Positions 37,344 to 48,996 are shown, counted from the stretch's first letter. The stretch: DNA of 64,000 nt from Ylistrum balloti (GCF_031769215.1 NW_026781864.1:310001-374000); one strand, 5' to 3'. The notes: generated by a model not told the origin, from the letters alone. Translations and numbers: made by a program.

Positions 37344-37509
37344 TGCCAGAAAACGCCCAGTACCGTACTATCGGCCAGCCCCACCCTCCCCGAGCTCAGT
37401 CAGTAGTTACGACTCGTACTATCGGTACAGCCGCTCACGCAGTCGGTCTAGACCCAGGTATCGCACACGCAGCAGGAGCTTCTCTCGGACACGACGACAC
37501 AAGAGCTAA
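37344..37509 (+). CDS. Srrm234: Srrm2/3/4 terminal coding exon: C-terminal half of the eMIC (S|ARKRPVPYYRP) plus RS tail, stop TAA
   Basis: Acceptor TTTTCATTTAG|. AG+T forms Ser in frame with exon 34201. ARKRPVPYYRP matches ARKRPIPYYRP of vertebrate SRRM3/4. The stop is at 37507-37509. Confidence 0.95.
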
Positions 37510-37614
37510 CATATGACTTTCCTTGATTCAACATATTGTCAATATAACAATAAAACGGTGAAATATTTTGCACATAAGAACATTTACATGTAAATAAATG
37601 ATAGGAATGTTTTA

Positions 37615-38140
37615 GAATCATAGCAGGGTGCTTCCACGTACCTGTTATTAATGGGAATATTGATGGGAAATTGTGATTTGGAATCATTGTAGGAGACTTT
37701 CATGTACCTGTAACTAATTTGAATATTGATGGGAAATTGTGATGCGGAATCATTGTAGGAGACTTTCATGTACCTGTAACTAATTTGAATATTGATGGGA
37801 AATTGTGATGCGGAATCATTGTAGGAGACTTTCATGTACCTGTAACTAATTTGAATATTGATGGGAAATTGTGATGCGGAATCATTGTAGGAGACTTTCA
37901 TGTACCTGTAACTAATTTGAATATTGATGGGAAATTGTGATGTGGAATCATTGTAGGAAAATTTCACATACCTGTTATTAATGGGAATATTGATGGGATG
38001 TTATGATGTGGAATCATTGTAGGAAAATTTCATGTACCTGTTATTAATGGGAATATTGATGGACAATTATGATGTGGAATCATTGTAAGAGACTTTCACG
38101 TAGCTGTAACTACCGGTAATGGGAATATTGATGGGATGTT
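37615..38140. repeat. 66-bp minisatellite just downstream of the Srrm234 stop codon
   Basis: GAATCATTGTAGG at 37681, 37747 and onward. Confidence 0.93.
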
Positions 38141-40221
38141 ATAAAAGTTGAGTATAATGATATACATGCTATTAATTTAGTGTGGTTGTATATTTATGTT
38201 ATCAATTAATGGAATCTTTTATGTGGTTGTAGAACAATGTTGTATGATAGTACTTTTTCTAAAACAGATGTACTAGTCAGAATGAGAAATGTTTCATATA
38301 ACCTACATGGGAAATGTTTTGTATAATCCGAATCAGAAATGTTTCATATCGAAAATGTTTCAAATAACCTTTAATGAAAAATGTTTTATATAATGTAAAT
38401 CAGAAATGTTTCATAATAACCATAATGTTTTATATGATCTAAATGAGAAATGTTTTATATCATCCTGATAAGCAGGACGTTAGTCCCCTGGTATCTCAAA
38501 AGGAACATAGAATTATATTCAGATATTGCTTATGTCTTTAATAGTATTTAGCGTAAGCAGCGCATTAAGAAAAAAAATTCAATGATAGTCATGTTTGTAA
38601 TGACAGAATCATCAAGACTGTTAAAAATATAACTGGTAAAGATATACAATAATGTATAGATAAAAAATTGTCAAGTTGTCGTGATGTTTGATCGAATCAA
38701 TGACGTATTATTTATTTTAATATATCTATTTATTTGATGTGCAATATTTGAATTTGTTAATTTATCTAACTTATTTATTTATTCATTTGTATGTTACATG
38801 TCATGTAGCCATATTGGCATTTGATATTATTTTAAACGTTAGTAGTAAACAATATTGATTGTGTATACAGCATATTACCCAGAATTCTATACATATGACT
38901 AAGGAAACAATATGCCAAATCAATTGTTTTAAATGTCGAAAATTTTACCTTTCTACTATGTCACTGATGTTTTATTTTCTGTGACAAGACTCAAATATGT
39001 AAAGAATAAATATGGTTGTTTTAGTCGGCTATTAAATGCACCTAGGGTGGTTTTTTTCATAACAATTCCTGAAGATCAGTTTTAGATGGCTTTTTATACA
39101 CCAGTTTTAATGTGTGTTATCATGGTATTCCTTTGTCCGTCCATCTGTCTGTTTGTCCTTGAGCAATTGCTTTACATCACCCTATCAGTCTTATTTTGAT
39201 GATGTGGGCATTTAAATTTTTGATGCAACCAAAACTGAAACATTTATATGAAGGTTCGAATGAAACACTGAATTATTTGCTAGAGTAAAACAGAAAGTGA
39301 CTGACCCTGACTGAAGGTCAAGGCCAAATGTTGTTTAGATAATCTGGAGTAGACTTAAGTAAGCATCTGACCACAGATTGAAGTCAAAGATTCAATTAAA
39401 CAGAGATCAAATTTTGTTTCTCTTAACTGGCTGATTTTTATTGATATAAAATTTAGTTTATTAAGTTCAAGGTCATCAGATCAAAAGTCAAGGTCATCTA
39501 GGAATTTCCTTATTCTGAATGTCACTGCACCTGAAATGTTGCAATGCTTGAAATGAGTATCGGGTATGTGTATGCTTCATATATCTCAGCCTGAGGAAGG
39601 ATTGGTCACCTCCTCATCTGTCGATAAACACTAAATACTAAAGGTACAATTTGTCTCTTGTTTTATTTCCTTTTTGCAATTCAAGAAAAATCTTGTTTTC
39701 TTTTCATCAGTTAAAAAAAGTTAAGTGGCTTGACAATAGAATTCTCAATACTGGTTATCTCCAGCATACACTATATGTGTAACAAACTTGTGTTTTATAT
39801 TAAAAAAAATGGCATAATTATATACATGTTTTAGTAAGAGAGAGAGGGAACTTTCATTTCCTTAAGATTGAATTTTTTCATATACTCAGAATACACATTC
39901 CATCTTTAACAATTCCAGACCTATTTTTGTGATTGCATTCTAATTTCTGTGTAATTATGTCAAGTATATACATTCCTCAGTTTTCTGATAATCATATATT
40001 AACCATCCCGTTGGGAAAATTGTTTTATTTAAGTTGACAACCATTCCTCATTTTAATACGATATTATTCAATTATCTATGTTATACCAGTGGTATAGAAT
40101 GGTGTTAAATGGTGTATTATGTTAGTGTTTGTCTTTTGTTTGTGACTGTAACAGTCCATTATCTACATCTATAGTCCTGTGTTGACTTCTGTATCGACCT
40201 GAAGTAGTAGGTAGCAGTGAA

Positions 40222-40812
40222 TATCTGATAACAGACATTTGTCTGGCCCCTGTGTTACACTTCCTTCTGGTTTGTGTGTTTACACTGATAACAGACATTT
40301 GGCTGGCCCCTGTGTTACACTACCTTCTGGTCTGTGTGTTTACACTGATAACAGACATTTGTCAGGTCCCTGTGTTACACTACCTTCTGGTCTGTGTGTT
40401 TACACTGATAACAGACATTTGTCTGGCCCCTGTGTTACACTACCTTCTGGTTTGTGTGTTTACACTGATAACAGATATTTGTCAGGTCCCTGTGTTACAC
40501 TACCTTCTGGCTTGGTGAACTAGCTGATAACAGACATTTGTCAGGTCCCTGTGTTACACTACTTTCTGGTTTGTGTGTTTACACTGATAACAGACATTTG
40601 TCTGGCTCCTGTGTTACACTACTTTCTGGTTTGTGTGTTTACACTGATAACAGACATTTGTCTGGCCCCTGTGTTACACTACCTTCTGGTTTGGTGAACT
40701 AACTGATAACAGACATTTGTCTTGCCCCTGTGTTACACTACCTTCTGGTTTGTGTGTTTACACTGATAACAGACATTTGTCTGGTCCCTGTGTTACACTA
40801 CTTTCTGGTTTG
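40222..40812. repeat. 60-bp minisatellite, about 10 copies
   Basis: CTGATAACAGACATTTG at 40225, 40285 and onward. Confidence 0.95.
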
Positions 40813-42455
40813 TACTTGGTTAACTAAAATTTAAATTAAATACAAAGGTTCTGGCCTTCACCTTCCATCCTCTTACTGACAATGGACTCATCTACGGATT
40901 CTCTCATTGTTATTAACAGGGATGACAGATTGCTTCCTCACAATTGTACTTAACAACCTTGTACATTGGTTTCGTCCATTACGTCAAGTTTATTAATATG
41001 TATATTCCATTTTTAGTGTGGAAGGAAAGATTTGTAAAGTAAATGTATGTACAATGTTTTGTTAACAAGTTTGTTCTAAATTTCTCTGTCCAAAAACTAT
41101 TATAATGCCACGTTATTGATGTATTGTGGATGAAAATCTTGTGCTTTACCTTATAAGGAAGTGGTGTATGTTACTTGTATCACCTGAAGTTCATCATGTG
41201 ATGCTGTGATGTCATCACTGTACAAAACATAATTTAGATATGGCAAGATTGAGAATTTTGTACATAAAGATATGAAGCATTTCAGGCTGATGTTTGACAT
41301 TATAGGCCTCTGGAGTCCTTTGTCTTCAGTGTGCAGTTTGTTAATAAAATGATGACCACAGATGGTATAGTCTTCATGGTTTTGTTTCCATCGTTTAGAG
41401 CTAACATGGCAGTATGTAAGGTACATGGTAATCTATACGACAGGAACAGGTATTACTGGCGGTAAATTAAACAAAATTTTATCTTTTGAAGTTTATACTA
41501 AACATATCTACAGCAGGAGATTTAACAGATTGAAAACTGCTGCTTTATTACACAATGATAGTGATAAAGGGAGACAATTCACTTTACACCAGAGGTACAC
41601 TAGTCCTACTTCATTCACAAAACACAACAATATATACAAGGGGCCAAATTAGCCTGTATAACTAGTTTATTTTGGTAACTTTCAGGTTCATGCCTTGCAT
41701 TCTTCACAGTTAAAGTGGACTGTAATAAATTGGCAGCCCTTTATCCCAGGTTGAAACTGGTTCTATATCATGACCAGCTGTGCTCTGTTTATTGAGAACT
41801 TACATGATGATTTTAACACATTTGACCCTTGTGACCTTGAAAATAGACCTTAAAACAAGCATGATAATGACCAAATATCAGTGTCCTTGGACTTTTGATT
41901 ATAAAGATGAACTAGTTTAAAATTTTAAAGACATGTTACCTTCATTTATCTGAAAAAAAAAACTTTGTTACTCTATATCCAAGGATATTGCATGACCGTG
42001 AAAGTTGATCAAGGTCATTTGTTTGAACAAACTTGGTAACTCTGCAACTAGCATGCTACAGCCCCAATATCCTGTCCAGATGACGTTTTATTTATTGAAA
42101 ATATCACAAATTTAAATATCACAAGACATGTGACATCTGTGACCTTGAAATATCTTGTTGCTGAGTGACAAGTGTGTAAATATCATTCTAAATGCACAGC
42201 ATACTGCAAATTGCAGACAGAAATAATGCAATAGAAGATTACAGACGTCTAATTGTCATGAATAATTAAGGTAAACAAGGAAGATAATGAGAAATTCATG
42301 AAGCAGAATTAGAATGTAAATATTGTTAGTTAGGGTTACATTGGTAAACATGAATACTTAAATAAGACAAATTAGATTGTAAGAAAAATACTAATTTTGG
42401 TGGACATGCGCTTCCTTAGCTATTAGAATTTATCATTCACCAAAAATATTATTTA

Positions 42456-43370
42456 AACAAGAGGCCCATAGGGCCTAGAGGGTCAGTATTGCTCATCTGG
42501 CTTATTCAGCTATTTAGTCATTTAACAAAGATCTTCTAAATCTAAGAAAAAAATATTGAATAATTATCCTATTGGGCCTTGTGGTCAAACAGAAGTCCCA
42601 TTCTCCAAAGAATGCTCAAGATTTTAAACATTCAATCATGGACAATATCTTTGTATGGAACAAGGATTTTGAGGACTTGCACTGTACTACAGTTTCTCTC
42701 AGGCCCAGCACATTTTGGCCTCAGAGAGGGATCAGACTCCTGGTTATTACAAAATTGGATTCTTTTCATCAAGGTATGCTTCAAATCAAATTTGGATACA
42801 ATCATGACATTCCCACAAAAGAAGAAGGAATGTAAAGAATTTTCTTTGTTTCCCCTATTTGGCTCTGCTGCCCCAGTGGCCCATGACCCATCATTTATGC
42901 AAAGCTAACTCCTCTTCACCCAAAGGATGTTTTAGACTGAAGTGGGACAGATTCCAGGCATTCCTGAGAAGTAGACAGATTTTAAAGAATTTCCCCTATT
43001 TTCCTTTCCAGTATTTGGACTCGCCTTCCCCTTCAGCCCTCATGGCCAAGACCAATGTATTAGAACAGAATCCTGATTTTCCTATATATACGGTAAGAAG
43101 AATTAAAAAAAAATCATATGTTTTTCTCATTGTTTCCCCCCACCCACTCCTGCCCCAGAGGAGCAAGAACAACTGTTTAAACAAAATTGATTGCCCTTCT
43201 TCCAAGGATGCTTTAGACAAAATATGGGGAAAAATCCAATCATTCCTACAGAACAAGAAGGATGTTAAAGAACTTGCTAAGTTTCCCTACTTAAGCCCTG
43301 TGCGAGAACCATATTTTATACAAACTCGGTTCCCATCCTCCAAAGGATGCTTTTGACCATATTTGGTCGA
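42456..43370 (-). mobile_element. HINE/pearl-like element, minus orientation
   Basis: Begins AAACAAGAGGCCCATAGGGCC, the reverse of the GGCC..GGCCTCTTGTT terminus. It shares CCAATCATTCCTACAG and TTTCCCTATTTGG modules with the 57534 copy. Confidence 0.7.
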
Positions 43371-43670
43371 AATATATTTTGTCATTCACAAATATTGGTG
43401 ATTTTCATTCAAAATGTGAGCTGGAAAAAATAGGAGAGATATGAAAGTGGTTATTTATCTATTTTGGTGGGTTTTTTTCCCAATTCTATCAGGAATTTAC
43501 CTATTTCAAAAACACTTATACAAATTGTAAATTTTTTTTTATAAAATTTGAATTATCGACAATTCCGTTGTTGAGATTTTTGCTATTAGACAAGTTTCTA
43601 ATCCACGCCCGGGAACATCGGATGTACGGATCCGCATTTAGTTGCACGATCAAACATCCGATAGAGGTTG

Positions 43671-43687
43671 CTCCCGCCAAGTTCGAA
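43671..43687 (+). promoter_or_regulatory. E2F-like site (CTCCCGCCAA) next to a CHR-like TTCGAA, about 45-60 nt upstream of the CENP-M ATG
   Basis: Motif match in a visibly CpG-rich promoter region, consistent with cell-cycle control of kinetochore genes. Short motifs can occur by chance. Confidence 0.4.
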
Positions 43688-43731
43688 GATGGAAATATGT
43701 TATGGTACTGACGTTGCTTAAATAACTCGAG

Positions 43732-43809
43732 ATGACTGCAGTTGAAAGTGAACACCTCATCCTGAAACCTTTCGACAAACTACCTTTGCTTCACACCGCT
43801 ACGATTTTG
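43732..43809 (+). CDS. CENPM: Centromere protein M, exon 1 (MTAVESEHLILKPFDKLPLLHTATIL)
   Basis: Resembles the human CENP-M N-terminus VLRPLDKLPGLNTATIL; donor TTG|GTAAAC, phase 0. Confidence 0.92.
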
Positions 43810-44590
43810 GTAAACAATACAAATTGACAACACGTAGACTTTAAACCACAGACATTGGTTTCGGAGCAAGTATACGTATTGTACAGTACATGTAGTTGGA
43901 ATTCTTGACCGATGTGCTAGTCTTCGAATTCCTCCCAAACAAAATTCGAACTGTTTTAACAAAAAAACCCTATTGTTTATTGTAATGGAGATGATTATAT
44001 GTGTCAATGAAATCTTCAGTAACCGTCGCTATGTTTACAAATATGTAAACTATGGAAAGTTGTAGGTGTGTGTTTCGGAGCTCGCGATCGAGACATATCA
44101 GTACTTCAGATTGATGATGACGTCGCATGATCAAGGAGATCCTGTGTCGGCATACGGTGGTAGAAAAATCCAATAGAATGATGTGACATTTTGATGAAGA
44201 AATTTCAAAAGTATAATTTGTGTCTGCATCTTTTTGTAAATGAGTATGGTTGAAATAAGTGTTCACTGTATCCCCTCTGAATATGCAGTACTTTAAAAGA
44301 GCATTGGCATGACAAATCTGGGTCTGTAAAAGGCTTCAGCCAATGTCGGTGTTACCAATAATCCTTGAAAGTGTTGATGTTGATTTTATCTATGAGTGTT
44401 AAATACAGTTTCTTTTGCTCAGCTGACGGAGCAATGCTTCTTTGGCGCAGTTATCATTTGATTTGTTATCATGCCAGAGACAAGGTTCTTTACCATTTAC
44501 AACATTGGATAGTTTACAAATTTTGTAAACATACGGATGGTTGCGGAAGATTACATTGAATAAATTGAAACAAATAATTTTCTCCATTTC

Positions 44591-44934
44591 AACCATCCTC
44601 GATACTCAATTTTTGCTCTCTGCACCTCTGGAACGTGTCATGGCAAGATTGAAGGTTCCATGTGCGACACCTTTGGACAGGACGAAAAGACTCGTTTGAT
44701 TCTTTTATGGACATCAAACCAACCTTGAGGTCGCATAACAGTATATTGTAATAGCTTTGAAGTTGGGTGTCGCTTCTTTATAATCTTCAAAAGGAGCATA
44801 TCAGGCTGGTCAGTTTGTTTCTCCTGGAAACCATCAAATTACTTCACTTGTGCCTTCAATTTTGACCTGACATGTTCCAGGGGTGCAGAGAGTGAAAGTG
44901 TGATCGTAAACCCTTGAGTATCAAGGATGTGTTA
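44591..44934. mobile_element. MITE-like element with long imperfect TIRs in CENP-M intron 1
   Basis: CATCCTCGATACTCAA..CTCTCTGCACCTCTGGAACGTGTCA..ATTGAAGG is mirrored by CCTTCAAT..TGACATGTTCCAGGGGTGCAGAGAG..TTGAGTATCAAGGATG. No clear TSD was identified. Confidence 0.7.
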
Positions 44935-45049
44935 CAATAAAAAGCATGTTTTTGTTTAAACAGTTGGATATTTGTTCGGATAGAATTTGAAGTCTAGCAC
45001 GACAGAGTAATGTAAAAGGAGCAGGTCAGTGTTGCTTGTATATAATTCT

Positions 45050-45665
45050 AAATACAGTCTCTCTCAGCTAACGGGGCATACTTGTTTGGCTCAGTTTGTA
45101 GAACCAGTTATGATGAAGTATCATACTAGAGACCTGAGTTTGATTCCTGGTTGGGGCACGCAACAGGAATTTGTATTTTAACTGTTCTTTAACATTGTCA
45201 CCCAACATGGTAATTAGAGTCTTGCATTGAGATTAAGGAGTGGGTCGATGTGGCTTGTATATAATGTTAAATACAGTCTTTGTCACTTAGCTGACAGAGC
45301 ATGCTTCTTCGGCTATGTTGGCAGAGTCAGTCATGAACAATTATCACACTGGAGACCCAGGTCCAATTCCTGGCCAGACTATTAACAGGAATGTATTTTT
45401 TCCCAGTTCTTTCACAGTCCTGGGTTGAGATTTAGGAAATCTCAAGAAAAACTTGAGAAGTGTTAAAACAAAAAGAGTGGTTCAATATTGCTTGTAAATA
45501 TAGAGCGTTAAATACAGTCGCTGTCACTCAGTTTATGGTGCATACTTTTTTGGCTGTTTTTGTAAACCAGTTATGATCATTTATCATGCAAATGACACAA
45601 GTTTGATTCCTGATAGGGGAACACAACAGAAAAAAATCGTATTTTCCCTTTTCTTTCACAAATGT
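45050..45665 (+). mobile_element. Three degenerate head-to-tail copies of a tRNA-derived SINE-like unit
   Basis: AAATACAGTC anchors at 45050, 45269 and 45510. A-box-like TGGCTCAGTTTGTAG (45087) and B-box-like GAGTTTGATTCC (45136). The tail TTCTTTCACA is shared with the 60507 copy. Confidence 0.65.
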
Positions 45666-46056
45666 AGTGTGTATATATATAGATAAATTACACCTGACTA
45701 TCTTGGATTTCAACAATGAAAGTTTGTTATTCTTTGCAATTTTTTTTTGAGATTTAGATGGATCTCTCTCAAGCTCTTTATGTAGGTTCCCCTTGGTTCC
45801 TAGTTTTGTCCGTTTGTTTTGGGACTGATCAAAATATGAAAATGGCTGACAGACAAGCATCTTAGATTTGGCAGTTAATCATCTTTATTTCTTCAGAGAA
45901 ATGTTCAAATTTTGTATAATTAAGAGCAAAAACACTGCTCTGAACCAAAGTCTTGAGGATCTTTTCTTATGAACTTGAAGTGATCGTAATAGAGGACGAT
46001 TTAAAGGTAATTGAAAAAATCTTTTTAACTTTTTAAGCTTATTGTTACTGTTTCAG

Positions 46057-46136
46057 CTAATTGGTAGTGAGGGTGTTGGCAAGCATGACCTGGCAAAGAG
46101 TATTGTAGGAATAGATACTGATGTTTCCTACCAAGT
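46057..46136 (+). CDS. CENPM: CENP-M exon 2 (LIGSEGVGKHDLAKSIVGIDTDVSYQ)
   Basis: Acceptor TGTTTCAG| and donor AGT|GTAAGT; 80 nt, phase 0-2, joining exons 1 and 3 in frame. Confidence 0.92.
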
Positions 46137-46146
46137 GTAAGTATTA

Positions 46147-46995
46147 ACAACGGGGGGGGGGGGGGGGGGTGGAGACACAACGTCCCGCAAACATTAAAAT
46201 CAGGAAATCCCTTCCGGGAACAGCCGTGGATCCGAAAGGATACCGAGTACCCACTATAAATAAGTAGAATAGACGTCAGGAGTAGGCATAACACAAAGCA
46301 GTTCCGGTCCAATCCACGATTTATTCGTGCTGAGAGTTGTTAACACGTTTCGGATCCAAGCGATCCGTCATCAGAACAACAATATTCAAATATTATCAAT
46401 CTTGATAAAAACAACATGAAATGGTGTCATCATGAACAATACATAGAAGGGATGATGCGATAGATAGTCCTACAATAGCGGAAATAGATAAATAAAACTA
46501 CAGGTGTAAGAGTGAAACTATTCAGAAGACATCCTAAACAATATCCTGTTATTAGAAAAATAGTTACGTGGTAAAACGAAAATGTTCTTATTCTGTGACA
46601 CATAGGTAATGTGAAATTACGCTAGAAATATACTATAGGTATAACGGGCCAGGCAAAATTAAATATATATGAGAGTCTTCATGGCTATCTATATTAAGGA
46701 CATTACAGTTCATGTCGTGAATTAAAGGCAAATACATTATATAAAGAATAAAGCAATTAATCAGTTCGTGGTGTGTATAAAAACAGTGCATTATATAGTT
46801 AGTGGCGTATGTTTAAACCAGATGCCTCCGTGGTGTTTAGGTAGGCGATATAGGCCTCCTCTGTGTGTAGGCGTATGTTAATATTCGGTTCCGTGATGGC
46901 AAGGCCGATGATCAGAGATATCCTCCTGGCGGTGGTTGTTGGAAGTGAAATGTTTAGAAACAGGTTTGTACTGATTGGCTTGCCTAACATCCGCG
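46147..46995 (-). mobile_element. 5'-truncated Penelope-like retroelement (GIY-YIG C-terminal fragment plus pLTR)
   Basis: Flanked by the 14-bp direct repeat AAGTGTAAGTATTA (46133-46146 and 46996-47009). The minus ORF at 46990-46799 ends RLHTEEAYIAYLNTTEASGLN, typical of PLE GIY-YIG tails. A hammerhead core and AATAAA lie in the 3' part. Confidence 0.75.
46336..46380 (-). ncRNA. Minimal type I hammerhead ribozyme-like motif
   Basis: Minus strand reads GTTGTT CTGATGA C GGATC GCTTG GATCC GAAA CGTG T T AACAAC: helix I of 6 bp, core CUGAUGA/GAAA, helix II of 5 bp and self-complementary ACGUGU in place of helix III. Confidence 0.7.
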
Positions 46996-47749
46996 AAGTG
47001 TAAGTATTATCAGAACTAAAGAATATTGTAGGAATAAATACTGATGTTTCCTACTAAATGTAAAATTTCATCAAGATCACAACTGGTTGAAGTACATCAC
47101 GCAATAATTGTTATATTTGCCTGGTTAAAAGTTTAACATGGTAGCCATGGCAACCATTTTGTAACATGTTTGTACAATTGACTGAACAGCACCTATTTCA
47201 AACTTTTTAAAGTTCTGCTAGCTAGTGGAATTTAAGTTTCAAACTAGCCTCAAATGTATGGTTCTAACTTTCAACTTCTCAAATTTCATCTGTAAGATTT
47301 GAGCTCAGACTAAACTGTAGTGATCCTGAGACAAATCCTGACGTCCACCAATTCTGTTGTTTTTTGGATCCAAAAATCAATATTGATTCCACGATCGCCA
47401 GCTTGAAAAACTCATTTAATTTAAATTTCTTTTCCTGTTTCATTAGTGCCACTGAGCATGGTGGCCATTTTGGAATATGATTACACAATCATGGTTTCCC
47501 TGAACATTTTAAAGTTCAAAAGCTTGACTGAAATGATCTTGAGATGGTCCTGACAAGCGTTCTTATATTTGTTTCAAACTAGTAAAAAATCCAGTATGGC
47601 AGCAATTTGAAAAAAAACAACACTTTTAAATCTTTTCCAGTTTCTTTGGTGCCCTTTGCATTGAGAAGAGTTTACAGGAAATGTTGAAATCAGAGAAGCT
47701 TTTTGAGGTCACATTTCCTGATAAAACTGAGAAATTTTATGCTTCCCTA

Positions 47750-48680
47750 AAATATTTTCTCTGTCCATCCTTTCATGTTTAGAGCATAACTTGGCCCACA
47801 GTTAAACAAGGATAATGAAACTTGGTGTATACTTTGGTCATAATAAGAGGATGTGCAGTGTACCAAATTAATGGCACTTGATCCCTCAATTACAGAGTTA
47901 TTGTCCTTCATTAAAATTTAATTTCCAGAATGTAACTTTGCTTGGATAATGAAACTTGGTTTATATATTGATCATACTTAGGAGAAGTGCAGTGTACTGA
48001 ATTCAAGACCAGCAACTCCTTAATTACAGAGTTTTTGCCCTTTGTTAAAATTTTGTATACAGATCAAAACTTTAAATTGCATGCATTAAAACTAAGATAA
48101 TGAAACTTGGTGGATACATTGATCACAAAAAGACAGTGTACAGTGTACCAATGTTAAGGTCCGCAACCTTTTCATTACAGAGTTATTGCCCTTTGTTAAA
48201 AATTTCTTGTCTGAAGCATAACTTTGCCCACAATTAAGCCAGAATCATGAAACTTACATTTATCATACTAAGACAGTGTGGTTTGTACTAAGCAAGGACC
48301 CTAGACCTCTCAATTACAAAATTATTGCCTTTTTTTTTTAAATATATTGTCCAAAGCATAACTTTGTTTGCATTCATGCATGAATAATGAAACAATAATT
48401 TAAAGACAATATGCAGTGTACTAAAATTAGGGCCATCAATTCTGTAATTACAGAGTTATTGCCCTTTGTTAAAATTTTATGTCATGAGCATAGCTTTGCT
48501 TGCATTAAAACTAGGATCATGAAACTTGGTGGTTACATTGGTCATATTAAGAGGATGTGCAGTATACCAACTTCATGTCCTGTAACCCCTGAGATACAGA
48601 ATTATGGCCCTATATTAAAATTTTGGTCCAATATAGTCATTTTCGGGAAGCACCCATCAGTTTCACTGATACTCTTGATT
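47750..48680 (+). mobile_element. HINE-like element with approximately 150-bp internal core repeats
   Basis: Recurrent ATAATGAAACTTGG..GTGCAGTGTAC..TTACAGAGTTATTGCCCTTTGTTAAAA; ends ATCAGTTTCACTGATACTCTTG. Confidence 0.75.
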
Positions 48681-48996
48681 CATATTCAGTTATTATTCCC
48701 ACTATTATGATTACAATACTGTATATGTCTTTTAAAGTCCTGTAACCCTTAACGCCTTTGGATCTCTTGTTGAAAATAGCATACTTGAAATAATGCTATT
48801 TTTAATTAACTAAGTCGTTAGATAACCAATAACAGATGATTTTAGAATTAGGTTGCTTGCTTTTATATAAAGTTTACTTTATTTGTAGATCGGTCATGAC
48901 ATTTGTTTTACAGTTAATTAGAGGATTGTATTTATAACATGTAATGTATCAGTTGTTAGTTATCGTAATACTTATAAATTATTTCTATTTTTTCAG

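Noticed and set aside
43516-44596. Several 64-98-aa ORFs around CENP-M exon 1 and intron 1
   Set aside because: They are antisense or shadow frames of the promoter and exon 1, or of intronic DNA, with no recognisable domain.
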